This document shows positions 10,173 to 20,835 of a stretch of DNA of 64,000 bases, in pieces. Position 1 is the first letter of the stretch; the number at the start of each line of letters is the position of its first letter. The notes beneath the pieces were generated by a model that had not been told where the DNA came from, ran no database searches, and saw only the letters and a list, made by a program, of their open reading frames with translations. The DNA lies in contig CAXXLZ010000002.1 in assembly GCA_963675595.2 (NCBI GenBank), forward strand, positions 3,072,001 through 3,136,000, given 5' to 3'. The DNA comes from Thermodesulfobacteriota bacterium (GTDB lineage Bacteria > Desulfobacterota > Desulfarculia > JACQYL01). The position numbers were made by a program, and so were the translations under genes.

Positions 10173-10642
10173 CCGAAAGGAGGCCTTTAATTCGTCGTGT
10201 ATCGGTCCAGAGATTTGGAACTTAGGATATTCGGAATGATATCAGCAGTCATCGACCAAATCAAATTTAGGGAAATTTTTCCTCATTAGGATGGAGCCGG
10301 CGAAAACATTCGCACCCGTTTCGCAGCCTACCGAGCGTGTCCCGAGACGTGCGACCGGATCGGCGGTATCGGAATTACACGGAAACCTCCGGCAACAGGA
10401 TCGTGTGAGGTGCCGGTGGACGAGGATGAATGGGGGTGTCGGCTTGCGTGCTTGCCGATGAAATGCACCGACGGGAAGCGTCGAGGCCTTCTAAACTGAA
10501 TCGAGGAAAGCCCGTTCACAAGCTTTCCCCGTAGTTCCGTTCGCGTTGATATCCCGCGCGCCGGGCCGGAACCGGTAGACGCGGAGCATTGGGATATTTC
10601 AAGTGGAAGCCGGCCGATTCTCTCCTCTCGCCTTTGTCATTC

Positions 10643-10723
10643 TCACAACATGAACAAGTAGATCACCCAGAGAATGACGATCAGGCTCATGAGCATATTA
10701 CCCCACGCAGATTTGCGGTTCAT
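10643..10723 (-). CDS. Small hydrophobic protein, 26 aa (MNRKSAWGNMLMSLIVILWVIYLFML)
   Basis: AAAGGAGG RBS 7 nt before the ATG; basic N-terminus followed by a single TM-like segment. Below the ORF-track cutoff. Confidence 0.5.
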   Translation of the reverse strand: MNRKSAWGNMLMSLIVILWVIYLFML

Positions 10724-10897
10724 GATACATCCTCCTTTCGCCTCGGAGAACCGGCGACTTCGATATGGACCGTCGCCGGATCTTCCGGCCGGGCTCATTC
10801 CTTGCCCACCTGCTTATATAGACCGTTCAAAGGAGGATGCGGTTAAAGGATTCGCATTCCAGAAAGGAAGCGACACCGAATGCTTCGTAGGCCGTCG

Positions 10898-11314
10898 TCA
10901 GGATTCGGTTTTCAGGTAGGCAATCTCAAGCGGAACGACGTGGAGGCTGTTGGAGAGGATCCGAGTGGGACCCAGTTTCCAGTCCTTGAGCTGCATTTGA
11001 CCGTTCAGCAATTCCTGAACCTCCGACACAAAGCCTTTCACATTGATCACGGGGTGGCGGGTAAATACTTGCGTTAGTCCGAAAGTCAAACTGCAGGCAA
11101 GGCACTTGCCCGGTCTTTGATGAAGTTCGAAGGCGAAGTTCAGCGTCTTCCTGTCAGGGTCCTCACCCAGGAAAGACACCGAAATATCGTAGGCGCCTTC
11201 GGTTGCATCCCCATAAAGCGCTTCGAAAAATTGGTCGGCTTTCCCGGCGGGGAACAGGCTTTCCAGTGTATTCCGGTTCAGAAGTCCTTCCAATTCGGTC
11301 ATATTGACGGTCAT
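10898..11314 (-). CDS. Conserved deltaproteobacterial hypothetical protein with a CxxC motif
   Basis: FFEALYGDATEGAYDI and QRPGKCLACSLTFGL..VFTRHPVIN. I recall this family from sulfate reducers (often mis-named homeobox protein); function unknown. Confidence 0.65.
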   Translation of the reverse strand: MTVNMTELEGLLNRNTLESLFPAGKADQFFEALYGDATEGAYDISVSFLGEDPDRKTLNFAFELHQRPGKCLACSLTFGLTQVFTRHPVINVKGFVSEVQELLNGQMQLKDWKLGPTRILSNSLHVVPLEIAYLKTES

Positions 11315-11582
11315 GCGTTCACCTGTTTAATCGTTTGAGATTATTTTTCACAGCGGTTGGTTCCCTCGCGCTCGATCGCGGTTCGCCCATTGAGCCGTCG
11401 GGCTTCGATCGTTTGGGTTCCGGCAGTTTACCGATTCACCTTATTTCGGTTCAACTTCTTTTCTTCACCATTCTTCGTCCAGGTTTATGATCGCTTGCGC
11501 GTAATGCGAGACCGTGCATAATGGTCGGTTCACCCGGGGGCCGAAAATCCCCCTCCAACGAATTCCGCCGGGAGAAGATCGG

Positions 11583-12497
11583 ATGCTCGGAAAAAGAGAC
11601 TTGATCCTGCTGACCACCGTGTACGCGACCATGGCTGTCGGTATCGCCTTTCCCGGGTCGGGACGCCTTTTCCAGCCCTATCTCACCCTGATGATCATGA
11701 TCTTCCTGTTCCTCAGTTTTCTAAACATACGCATTACCGCGGTGTGGAAGGCCATTCGCTCTTCCTGGTCCTTCGTTCTCTACCTTACCTTTCTCAAAAT
11801 GGTCGTGCTGCCCATTTCCGTCTGGTGGGTCTTCTCCTTATTGCTTCCTGAATACGCATTGTCCGCCCTTTTGCTGGCCGGGGTGTCCACCGGTGTGGTG
11901 GCACCGTTCATTTCCGGCCTGGTTCGCGCCAACAGCCCCCTGGTACTAGTCCTTGTAGTGATTACGTCCCTCATGGCCCCCTTTTCGCTTCCGTTTCTCG
12001 TAAACCTGCTTTCAGGCCAATCTCTGAACATTTCCGTGGGATCCATGATCCGAATGCTGGCCACCGTGGTGCTGGTGCCGTTGGTCATGGTGGAACTCCT
12101 GGACTGGAAATTCTCACGAATGCTCGATCGAATCCGCAACCGTCGGTTTCCACTCACGGTCGGTTTTCTGGCCGTGGTGAACCTTGCGGTATTTTCCAAG
12201 TATTCTCAGTTTTTCAGAAACCAGCCCGCCACCATCCTTACGGCCACGTTGGTGGCATTTCTGCTGGCGGCGCTCTTTCTGGTCTTGGGCTTGGTTACGC
12301 TTTGGAAGGCGGATTTGGAGGATCAGTTGGCGTCCGCCATCGGCATGGCCAACATGAACAACGTGCTGGTGCTGGTCTTCGCGTCCCGGTTTTTCGGGCC
12401 GTTGGAGCCCACGGTTGCCGCGATGTACCTCATACCTTTCTATTTCGTCATTGTTCCGCTGCGGGCGTTCCGAGTCCGGCGGGAGAGAAGCCGATAA
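11583..12497 (+). CDS. Bile acid:sodium symporter (SBF) family transporter
   Basis: About 9-10 TM helices; GVSTGVVAP..GLVRANSPL; MANMNNVLVL. Confidence 0.75.
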   Translation: MLGKRDLILLTTVYATMAVGIAFPGSGRLFQPYLTLMIMIFLFLSFLNIRITAVWKAIRSSWSFVLYLTFLKMVVLPISVWWVFSLLLPEYALSALLLAGVSTGVVAPFISGLVRANSPLVLVLVVITSLMAPFSLPFLVNLLSGQSLNISVGSMIRMLATVVLVPLVMVELLDWKFSRMLDRIRNRRFPLTVGFLAVVNLAVFSKYSQFFRNQPATILTATLVAFLLAALFLVLGLVTLWKADLEDQLASAIGMANMNNVLVLVFASRFFGPLEPTVAAMYLIPFYFVIVPLRAFRVRRERSR

Positions 12498-12655
12498 ATT
12501 CCTTTCGGCGGAAGGAATCTTCGGGTGCGGACCCGGGGAGCAAGGCTCGAGCCGCTCGTGGCCGCGGTACCAATCGCTTTGAAGGTGAGAAAAAAACCGA
12601 GGGAAACGGACAAGCGTTTCCCTCGAGAGTCAACGAAGGTATCGGCAAGCGAGGA

Positions 12656-14494
12656 TCAGGCGCAGTGGGCCAACCGATCCGTGTTGTGGTGCCTCAAAAA
12701 GGCCTCTAAGCCCTCCTTACCCATATATCTCCCCAATATTCTGCGATCCGATTCCCGAAGATCCACGAGAATCAGCGCGTCGAGCACGTCGCTGAAATCC
12801 GGATCCACATTGTAGCCGACAAACTTGCCGCCCAAGTTCACGTAATGTTTAAACAGAATGGGGATTCCCTTGTGGTCTCTTTCAATGTCGGAAACCAATT
12901 CGGAAAGATCCCGAATGTCTTTGAGCAAGCTCACGGCCGTTTTGAGTTCATCTTTCCGAATGATTTTCTTTTTCAAAGGATTACGCGGCTTGACAAGCCT
13001 GGCAAGGTCGGTTCGGTGATTATTCTGTCTGAAGAACGCCACGATGATTTGGCGGGAAAGAGAGTGATACTTGTTGTTCAGACTTACCGGCCCGAACAAC
13101 ATTCGGTATCTGGGGTTCGATGCGACAAAAGAAGCGATGCCTTTCCACAAAAGCATGAAAGGCTCGACATTCCCCTGATATTCCGGTCTCACGAAAAATC
13201 GTCCGAGCTCGATGGCCGGGTCGATTTCCTCTATGAATTTCCACTTATACTGAAACAAGGTGTGGGTGTAGAGACCGGAGAGCCCGTGGGCCCGCTGAAT
13301 CTCGTCGGTGAGTCCCAGACGATAGGCTCCGCAAACCTCATGGGCGGCTTTGTTCCAGACGAAAAGATGAAGATAGTGATCGTCGAAACGGTCGAGGTCC
13401 GTGGATCGACCGGTGCCTTCACCCACTTGGCGGAAGGAGATTTCTCTCAAGCGTCCGATTTCTCTTAATACGCCGGGGATTTGCTGTTTCTTGGCGTAAA
13501 ATACGGCGCACCTTCGGCTTTCGGCGAGAAGCTGGCGGCCGGGCAAGGACCGTACCTCCCGGGCCAAGGCGTCCGAGTTGCCCTGCGGAGCGATCGGTTG
13601 CGGTTCTTTGGACGCCGGCGGCTTGGGAATCAGGGTGGGCCGTTTGAAGCCGGTCGGCTCATGCTTACCCATCACGTAAGTGCGTAACCGGAGGTAGTCC
13701 ACCATCTCCTCACTGGAAGAAAAGCGACTCAGGCGCTCATGGGGGATCAGGTCTCCAATATCTACCTTTACCTTTTTGTTGATCTTTTTGAGTACTTCTC
13801 TGGGCAGCATGCCGGTTCTAAGCCGAGGGTGCACCAATCCCGAAAGATGAAACAGCAGACTGTTGCAGCCGGAAAAGAACATGGGAAGAACCGAAGCCTT
13901 GGTCTTCTTAACGAGTCTCGCTACGGTAGTGTCCCATTGCGGATCGGAAATCCTCCGGCTGCGCAATTGGAGATGGGAAACCTCTCCCGCGGGAAAGACG
14001 CCGAGCATTCCGCCTCGGCGGACCCATTGGATGGTTTCTCTCAAAGGGCCGATGTTGGACCGGATGGAATCCGTCCCGCCGAATGGGTCCACCAGCATGA
14101 ATCGATCTCGAAGCGCCGGGAATATTCCTAATAGGTAGTTGGCCATGACCTTTACGTCGGGGCGAACCGAAAGCAGGATGGAATTCATAATGATGCCGTC
14201 GATGGCCCCGAAAGGATGGTTCGACACAACGATCACCGGACCTTGCACGGGAATCTTCTCACGGTCGGAGTTGGAGAGTTCGTAGCTGATGTTCAGGACA
14301 TCCAGCACTTTGTCGACGAATGAGGCGTCGCCCTCTTTGGTGGATGCCGCGGCGTAAATCTCGTTAAGCTCCCTGAAATGCAGGAAGCGCTCCAAAGCCC
14401 CTCTCGTCAGCATGAACAATCCGTTGAGCAGGGGATTGCCCACGGTGATATCAAGCTTAAGGGGGTTGGAGTCCGAAGGAGCAAAATCGTTCAT
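12656..14494 (-). CDS. Acyltransferase (PlsC-like) - GNAT fusion, possible ornithine/amino-lipid synthase (OlsF-like)
   Basis: NHPFGAIDG (HX4D), VFPAGEV, EIGRLREISFRQVGEGTG, DLDRFD, ELGRFFVRPEYQ, NVDPDFSDVLD. Confidence 0.8.
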   Translation of the reverse strand: MNDFAPSDSNPLKLDITVGNPLLNGLFMLTRGALERFLHFRELNEIYAAASTKEGDASFVDKVLDVLNISYELSNSDREKIPVQGPVIVVSNHPFGAIDGIIMNSILLSVRPDVKVMANYLLGIFPALRDRFMLVDPFGGTDSIRSNIGPLRETIQWVRRGGMLGVFPAGEVSHLQLRSRRISDPQWDTTVARLVKKTKASVLPMFFSGCNSLLFHLSGLVHPRLRTGMLPREVLKKINKKVKVDIGDLIPHERLSRFSSSEEMVDYLRLRTYVMGKHEPTGFKRPTLIPKPPASKEPQPIAPQGNSDALAREVRSLPGRQLLAESRRCAVFYAKKQQIPGVLREIGRLREISFRQVGEGTGRSTDLDRFDDHYLHLFVWNKAAHEVCGAYRLGLTDEIQRAHGLSGLYTHTLFQYKWKFIEEIDPAIELGRFFVRPEYQGNVEPFMLLWKGIASFVASNPRYRMLFGPVSLNNKYHSLSRQIIVAFFRQNNHRTDLARLVKPRNPLKKKIIRKDELKTAVSLLKDIRDLSELVSDIERDHKGIPILFKHYVNLGGKFVGYNVDPDFSDVLDALILVDLRESDRRILGRYMGKEGLEAFLRHHNTDRLAHCA

Positions 14495-14964
14495 CCTTCC
14501 CTCCATTAGTCTTTCGGATTAAATAAATGCCCCTTATTTAATTCCGGTCTCGTTTCTATGAATACAATGTGAATCTTCTGTGAAGTCGGTGGGGTGACTG
14601 ATTTCCGATACAAAATGTACGTCGCCGGGAGGTCCTGCGGAGCTTGAGATGAACTTCTTTTCGAAGGGGACGGCAGTAGGTTCGGGGGCCTGATAACGGG
14701 AAAAGTCCGGGCGGGTACGATCGCTCGTCCGCCGTTTCTCCCCTTATTCTTGACAGGAAAATCCATTCCGTCACAAGTCCATGCGAACGGATTCGCCCTT
14801 TATGGTGCTATGATGATTGCCAAACGATTTCAGTAGGATACCGGGTCAGGGGGAACAGAGAATCGAGGGATGTCGGAGCGGTCTGCAACGGGAACCACGA
14901 AGAACCATGGTCCGCAGTCGGAAGAAGAAGGAGGGAAGGACTTTTCCTTCCCTCCGGGAGACGG

Positions 14965-15588
14965 CTAGCGAATAACGAATTCGTCTCTTCGGTTCTTGGC
15001 CCAAGCTTCTTCGTCGTGACCAGGATCCACGGGGCGTTCTTTTCCGTAAGAAACAGTGTCGATTCTCGCAGCATCGACGCCGATGTTTGCGAGGTAGTTC
15101 CTCGCCGCTTCGGCCCTACGTTGCCCAAGGGCCAAGTTGTATTCAACGCTTCCTCGTTCGTCGCAGTGGCCTTCGATGAGGAGTTTCATATCTTTGTTCA
15201 CGGAAGTCATATAATAGGCCTTCTGCAAAAGAGTCGCTTTGGAGGCGCCGGTAAGAACCGCGGAATCGAAAGCGAAGTAGACCTTATCCTGCTCGAAGCG
15301 CTCCTTTTGTTCCCGGGCGGTCATCGTCGCCATTTCCTGGGCGGTTTGAGCTCTCAAGGCCGCCATTTCCTTTTCCCGTTCGGCCGCCCAATCCTTTTCC
15401 CTTTCGACTTCGGTGGAGATAATTCGGTCTTCCTTGGACAGGTCGGCGTTTTCAGGATAAACCGGGCCCTTCATGCCGGGTTGCTCGGGGGATTCCCGCA
15501 ACCCTTCCTTGGTACATGAAACCAACAAAGCCGTGCTACAAACGAATACCAAAAAAATAAAGCAGACCGTGCGACACCTCTCCCACAT
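14965..15588 (-). CDS. pal: Peptidoglycan-associated lipoprotein
   Basis: Lipobox LVSC; [43 protein letters not shown]. Confidence 0.92.
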   Translation of the reverse strand: MWERCRTVCFIFLVFVCSTALLVSCTKEGLRESPEQPGMKGPVYPENADLSKEDRIISTEVEREKDWAAEREKEMAALRAQTAQEMATMTAREQKERFEQDKVYFAFDSAVLTGASKATLLQKAYYMTSVNKDMKLLIEGHCDERGSVEYNLALGQRRAEAARNYLANIGVDAARIDTVSYGKERPVDPGHDEEAWAKNRRDEFVIR

Positions 15589-15988
15589 GCTCGTCTCCTC
15601 CTTGTTCAGGGTACAGGGTACAGGGTACTGGAACCACGGTTTGGATGGCGGATATGATTCGAAGGCCTATATTTCGGCTCGTTCAAGAGTGATGGGTTGT
15701 GAGCGCGACCATGAATCGGTAGTCTCGCACAACAAACCGACCCAATAATAGGGTTCATCCCTAATATCAAGCGCTTTCCGTTTACAGGGAATCCGGGTGC
15801 GTGTCAATGTGTTTTGAAGATTCGGGATACGGACGAAGATTATGGGAATCCGGTTTTCCAGGGTCATCATAGGGAGTCCCGGTAAATCGGTCGCCTGCGG
15901 GGAGAGGTTCGGGAATCCACCCTCAAGTACGAACCGGTCGTCTTCAAGGGCGGATTCAAAAACGCGTCCGGGACGGGATGTCCCGGGG

Positions 15989-16417
15989 CTAAAGCTGGTA
16001 CAGCTCTTCCCCACATAGGTGGAACCAGTTTTCTCCGAGAAGCTCCACGGATTTTTTCACGTCCGGTACTCCAAGAACCGCTATCCGGCTTCCCGTAGCG
16101 GACCATAAGCCATAAACATGAGCCACGTTGACTCCGGCATCGGCCAAGGGCTTGAGCACAGCGTACAGACTCCCCGGGTGGTCGGGGAGGCGGACGGCGA
16201 TCACTTGCTTTTCTTCGACGGTAAATCCTAAGCCTTCCAGAATATTGCGGCTCTTCTCGGGATCGTTGGTCATCAAACGCACCGTGCCTGTTTGGGCGGT
16301 TGTTTCCGCCGACAACCCCAGAACGAAAACCCCATTGTCATGCAGCAAACCGATGATTTCCGCGGCTTTGCCCGGGGCGTTTTCGGTCGTCACCGTTATT
16401 TCTTTCACCGACGCCAT
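15989..16417 (-). CDS. Double ACT-domain protein
   Basis: ENAPGKAAEI and LPDHPGSLYAVL ACT motifs; directly follows the oxidoreductase gamma gene. Confidence 0.85.
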   Translation of the reverse strand: MASVKEITVTTENAPGKAAEIIGLLHDNGVFVLGLSAETTAQTGTVRLMTNDPEKSRNILEGLGFTVEEKQVIAVRLPDHPGSLYAVLKPLADAGVNVAHVYGLWSATGSRIAVLGVPDVKKSVELLGENWFHLCGEELYQL

Positions 16418-16424
16418 GATTTCC

Positions 16425-16967
16425 TCACTTTCCTTCGACGTATTCCATTCCCCGGATCAGAGCCTTCACGTTGCTGTCGAGCACCTTCTCTCCCTTGGCC
16501 GCAAAAATTTCGGCCAATGCCTCTTTGGCGGAGTCGAGGGAGACGGCACCGGTCTTTTTGATCACGGCTCCGAGCATGATCATGTTGAGAGCACGATCGT
16601 TGCCTGTTTCGTGGGCCAGCGTATTGCAGGGCACCTGGATCAACTCGAAGTCTTTTCTTCCGGGCAGTTCCGAAATCAAGTCGGAGTTGAGAAACATCAT
16701 TCCGCCGGATCGCACGGAGCTCTGGAACTTCAGCAAGGAAGGATAATTCATGACGACCGCCGCATCCGGCGACGATGCGACCGGTGAGGCGATTTCGTCG
16801 GAAGACACCACCACGGTGCAGTTGGCGGTACCGCCTCGGACCTCGGCGCCATAAGCCGGCATATAAGTCACGTGGCGGCCTTCCCGCATGGCCGACATGG
16901 CGAAGACGTAACCCATCATCAGTACGCCTTGGCCGCCGAATCCCGCAAAAACCGATCTAACTAACAT
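16425..16967 (-). CDS. 2-oxoacid:ferredoxin oxidoreductase gamma subunit
   Basis: [29 protein letters not shown]. Confidence 0.92.
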   Translation of the reverse strand: MLVRSVFAGFGGQGVLMMGYVFAMSAMREGRHVTYMPAYGAEVRGGTANCTVVVSSDEIASPVASSPDAAVVMNYPSLLKFQSSVRSGGMMFLNSDLISELPGRKDFELIQVPCNTLAHETGNDRALNMIMLGAVIKKTGAVSLDSAKEALAEIFAAKGEKVLDSNVKALIRGMEYVEGK

Positions 16968-17694
16968 CGCGGATCACCTTAAGAGGAAAAGTCTGGGTCA
17001 TCACCTCATCCACCCATTTCACGGCTTGGACAGGGGACATTTTCCAGTTCGTGGGGCAGGGACTCAAGATTTCGACCATGGAAAAACCAAGGTCGTCCAT
17101 TTGCGTCTGGAAGGCCTTCTTAATCGCCTTTTTTGCCCGGTTGATATTCTTGGGAGTAGTCACCGCGCATCGCTCGATGTAGGCCGCTCCCTGAGCGACG
17201 GCCAGCATCTCGCTCAGGTTTACCGGATTCCCGTCCCTGAGAGGAGTTCGCCCGCCGGGGGAAGTGGTGGTGGCCTGCCCGACAACCGTGGTGGGCGCCA
17301 TCTGACCGCCGGTCATTCCGTAGACGGCGTTGTTCACGAAGATCGCAGTGATTCGTTCGCCTCGATTGGCCACGTGAATCGATTCCGCCGTACCGATGGC
17401 GGCGATGTCGCCGTCGCCCTGATACGTGAATACGACCCGATCGGGAAGAACCCGCTTGATCCCGGTGGCAACCGCGGTGGCCCTCCCGTGCGGGGCCTCT
17501 CCCATGTCCACGTCGAAATAATTGTAGGCCAGCACGGCACAACCCGCGGGCGGAACACCGATGCAGCGTTCACGGATCCCCAATTCGTCGATCACCTCCG
17601 CCACCAACCGGTGGATGATACTGTGACCGCAGCCGGGGCAGTAGTGAAACACCGCGGGTTTGAGCGATTCAGGCCTCTGGAATATCTTCTTCAA
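16957..17694 (-). CDS. 2-oxoacid (2-oxoisovalerate-type):ferredoxin oxidoreductase beta subunit (TPP-binding)
   Basis: [37 protein letters not shown]. Confidence 0.92.
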   Translation of the reverse strand: MKKIFQRPESLKPAVFHYCPGCGHSIIHRLVAEVIDELGIRERCIGVPPAGCAVLAYNYFDVDMGEAPHGRATAVATGIKRVLPDRVVFTYQGDGDIAAIGTAESIHVANRGERITAIFVNNAVYGMTGGQMAPTTVVGQATTTSPGGRTPLRDGNPVNLSEMLAVAQGAAYIERCAVTTPKNINRAKKAIKKAFQTQMDDLGFSMVEILSPCPTNWKMSPVQAVKWVDEVMTQTFPLKVIRDVS

Positions 17695-17833
17695 AGCGGC
17701 CTCTCCTTCGTGGTTCGTTGGGCTGGAGCCGTGATCGAAACCGACCCTTCAAACGGGTCCGGCATCGCGTTCGCCCTGGCAATCAGGCTCCCCAAGGCCG
17801 GAGGCGTCTTTCGTCCGGCCCGACAGACAAATT

Positions 17834-18922
17834 TCAGGCCCCGCATGCCTTCGAGGACCCGGCCGCGTGCAAATGGCTCGACAGCACGTGCGCGATTTCT
17901 TCCGGAGTGGACACGATTCCACCTGGGCGGCCGTAGAATTTCACCTGGGCGGCGTCTCCAAGGCAGAGACGAACGTCTTCCACCATTTGCCCCGTCGACA
18001 TCTCGAAAACGGTGAACACACTCACTCGTCGAGAGAGTTCCTTCAGAGCAACGCAAGGAAACGGCCAAAGGGTGATCGGCCTGAAAAGACCCGCCTTGAT
18101 TCCCTGCTTTCTCAACCGGTTCACGGCACCTTTGGCAATGCGCGCGGCCGTACCATAAGCCGCGACCACGATGTCGGCGTCCTCGGTCAGGTAGGATTCG
18201 GAAGCCTGTTCCTTTTCCGTGATGACCTCGTACTTACGGTACAGCTTCCAGTTATGTTCTTCTTCCCTGCGAGGATCCAAAAGGAGGGAAAGAATGAACC
18301 GGCTGGGACGTCCGGCGGCGCCGGTGAGCGTCCATTGCTTCGGAGGCAGGGATTTCGGATCGATGGGTTCGGGAAAGATCACCGGTTCCATCATTTGTCC
18401 CATGAGCCCGTCTCCGAGGATCATTACGGGGGTTCGATAACAGTCCGCCAAGTCGAAGGCCTTGCGAGTCAAGTCCGCGATTTCCTGGCCCGAGGCGGGT
18501 GCCAAAACGATGGTTCGGTAATCTCCGTGACCGCCGCCGCGGGTGGCCTGGAAATAGTCCGATTGACTGGGCGCGATGTTCCCCAATCCGGGTCCGCCCC
18601 GCATCATGTTGACGATGACCGCCGGCAGCTCCATGGCTGCCAGGTAGGAAATGCCTTCCTGTTTGAGACTGATGCCCGGGCTCGAGGAGGAAGTCATGAC
18701 CCGCCCTCCGGCCATGCTGGCACCCATGACCAGATTAATGGAAGCCAGTTCGCTTTCCGCCTGCACAAAAACGCCGTCGGGCATGGCTGCGAACTGCGTG
18801 GCCATGTATTCGGGCAACTCGTTCTGCGGGGTGATGGGGTAACCGAAATAGTAGCGGCAGCCGGCGCGAATGGCGGCCTCCCCCACTACATGGCTTCCCC
18901 TCATGAGTCTTTTGTCAGTCAC
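17834..18922 (-). CDS. 2-oxoacid (2-oxoisovalerate-type):ferredoxin oxidoreductase alpha subunit
   Basis: GTG start at 18922; FGYPITPQNE, QAESE, TSSSSPGISLKQE, RGGPGLGNI, GGGHGDY. Confidence 0.92.
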   Translation of the reverse strand: MTDKRLMRGSHVVGEAAIRAGCRYYFGYPITPQNELPEYMATQFAAMPDGVFVQAESELASINLVMGASMAGGRVMTSSSSPGISLKQEGISYLAAMELPAVIVNMMRGGPGLGNIAPSQSDYFQATRGGGHGDYRTIVLAPASGQEIADLTRKAFDLADCYRTPVMILGDGLMGQMMEPVIFPEPIDPKSLPPKQWTLTGAAGRPSRFILSLLLDPRREEEHNWKLYRKYEVITEKEQASESYLTEDADIVVAAYGTAARIAKGAVNRLRKQGIKAGLFRPITLWPFPCVALKELSRRVSVFTVFEMSTGQMVEDVRLCLGDAAQVKFYGRPGGIVSTPEEIAHVLSSHLHAAGSSKACGA

Positions 18923-19145
18923 GGTACACCTCGATGGCGATGTCCGGGCAGGTTGTTGCGCACAAGGTACAGGCCGTGCACTGTCTTTGCGATGGATCGG
19001 CGATGTCTTCCTCAACATAACAGGCCGGAAAATATCCCATGCGATTGAGCTGCCCCGAAACCTGGATGACCTGCTTGGGGCATACCTCTACGCAAAGCAG
19101 GCACCCCTTGCACAGTTCCCGGTTGATGACGATGTGTCCTTTCAA
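18915..19145 (-). CDS. 2x[4Fe-4S] ferredoxin-like delta subunit
   Basis: CKGCLLCVEVCP and CTACTLCATTCP. Confidence 0.92.
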   Translation of the reverse strand: MKGHIVINRELCKGCLLCVEVCPKQVIQVSGQLNRMGYFPACYVEEDIADPSQRQCTACTLCATTCPDIAIEVYRD

Positions 19146-19307
19146 AACATGTTCCTCACAATTGGGTTGGGATCAGGCGCACATGAATCCCGGAAAGGAG
19201 CCGACCTTTAGTCGGTCCTTACCTTCCAGAGAATTCAGTCTCGCTATCAGACTGCGGACGCTTGTGTCAACGGATTTTTTTCCAACAGGCCCAAACCCGC
19301 CGTCCCG

Positions 19308-20744
19308 TCAGTCTTCATCGGACAGCAGCAGGAAGACGGGAGTAAACTTCGCGGCATCGTTCGGGGAGGGAGCGGACATCGGCTCAAGACAGGAGGCGAA
19401 CGTCCCCGCAGTCAAGTTTCCAATGTAATCGCGTACCCGCTGGTGAAACTCCATGTCCACGTTTGCGTAACCGCCGCAAAGGTGACAGTAACTCATGATG
19501 GTTCCCCTGGAACACTCCTCGGGTCCGTCGTAACAGGATTCTTCGTTGTAGCAGGTATCGATGGGCGGCGTATAGCAATGGGTGTGCGCGGAGCCGAAGT
19601 TGTGGCCGATTTCGTGGGAAACGGCGAGCAGGTCCCAGACGGTTGCCGGATTGGAGAAGTCGGCATCGCCGTCGATGTTTCCCACGACGCCGTAACACCA
19701 GTAAGTAGAGCAGACGGCGCCGATATAGGCGATGCCTCCTCCCAGTTTGCGTCCGGACAGCATGTGGGCGATGTCTCTTTCCACGCCGGTCATGGAGCCG
19801 TTCCAATAGTTCTGGAATTCCGTCAAAGCGCCGTAACCGCTCGTGGCGCCGTAGGGATCCGTATTTGTCGTCCAAATCCGGAGGTAGGCGAGGCGGAGTC
19901 GAACCCCCAGATCCCGCTCATAAATCGCACTTGCAGCGGCCGTCAAATCGCTCGCATACTCCATCGCTTCGTTTTGGGACGCGAACAAAGAGAAGTACTC
20001 ATAGTCCGTCTCGACGGCCAGATCCGCCACAACGCCCGAAGCCGCGGCTCGGATTCCGCCGGTGATGGACTTCGAATCCGACGGAGTGCGTTCTTCAGGG
20101 TCGGTCCCAACCTGCAGCGTGGAAGGATACTCGTGAGCAAGGCAGAGCGGGCGGGAGGGAAAATAGACCGAAGGGTCCACGTCTTCGAGAGCGAACACCC
20201 GGTGTGAGGACGCCTTATGGGATGACGAATTCCGGCCTATCACGAAAGTCCTTCCGTCCATTCCGACAATGCCGGTGAAGGACTCGGGGCCCACGGCGAA
20301 AAACGCGAAACTGTCGGGTTTGCCCGTCGCATGCCCGGTAAAATAACTACGTGAAGGCGGCGTCAAGGCCTTGGTTCCTTCCGGAGTCACGACAACCAAC
20401 TGAGCACCGGGTTTCAGCACGCTGAACCGAGTCAACTCGAAATCCGCTTCTAAATCTTCGGCCAAAGGGACGTTCTTCAAAGTCAGACGCGCCGTTCGAC
20501 CGGATGCCTTCCGATGTAACAACGACAGGTTCGGGGAGAACTCGACCTGGCTTCGGATGCCGTGCACGTGGGTCGTTTTCACCGAACCTTCCCGAATCCA
20601 GGTTTGAGCGGCGGCGTTCTCGACCGTGTCTCCCAACGATGCGACAAGGAGCGACAACGAAACGACGATCATCATCAAGCCTTGAAAACGAGGGGGGATC
20701 TTGCGATTCATCCAAAATTGCGGAGGCTTGCACTGAGGAGCCAC
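19308..20744 (-). CDS. Secreted M12 (reprolysin-like) zinc metallopeptidase
   Basis: Signal peptide, prodomain with a Cys (PLCLAH), HEIGHNFGSAH, Met-turn TIMSYC. Start uncertain. Confidence 0.85.
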   Translation of the reverse strand: MAPQCKPPQFWMNRKIPPRFQGLMMIVVSLSLLVASLGDTVENAAAQTWIREGSVKTTHVHGIRSQVEFSPNLSLLHRKASGRTARLTLKNVPLAEDLEADFELTRFSVLKPGAQLVVVTPEGTKALTPPSRSYFTGHATGKPDSFAFFAVGPESFTGIVGMDGRTFVIGRNSSSHKASSHRVFALEDVDPSVYFPSRPLCLAHEYPSTLQVGTDPEERTPSDSKSITGGIRAAASGVVADLAVETDYEYFSLFASQNEAMEYASDLTAAASAIYERDLGVRLRLAYLRIWTTNTDPYGATSGYGALTEFQNYWNGSMTGVERDIAHMLSGRKLGGGIAYIGAVCSTYWCYGVVGNIDGDADFSNPATVWDLLAVSHEIGHNFGSAHTHCYTPPIDTCYNEESCYDGPEECSRGTIMSYCHLCGGYANVDMEFHQRVRDYIGNLTAGTFASCLEPMSAPSPNDAAKFTPVFLLLSDED

Positions 20745-20835
20745 AAAGCAGCCTTCATAGAGTAAGATTGGGGAAAATGATCAAGGGAGCCGACAAGGAC
20801 GGTATCATTTCGGTGAGAACGGGATACCCCGTTCC

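Noticed and set aside
15607-15628. CAGGGTA x3 upstream of pal; also the 15-bp (LESEG x2) repeat near 34925-34960 and CCAAAG x3 near 30915
   Set aside because: Short slippage repeats with no spacers; not CRISPR and no evidence of phase variation.
17026-19048. Long plus-strand ORFs (329 aa, 393 aa) opposite the oxidoreductase genes
   Set aside because: Antisense shadows of well-supported GC-rich genes; no motifs.
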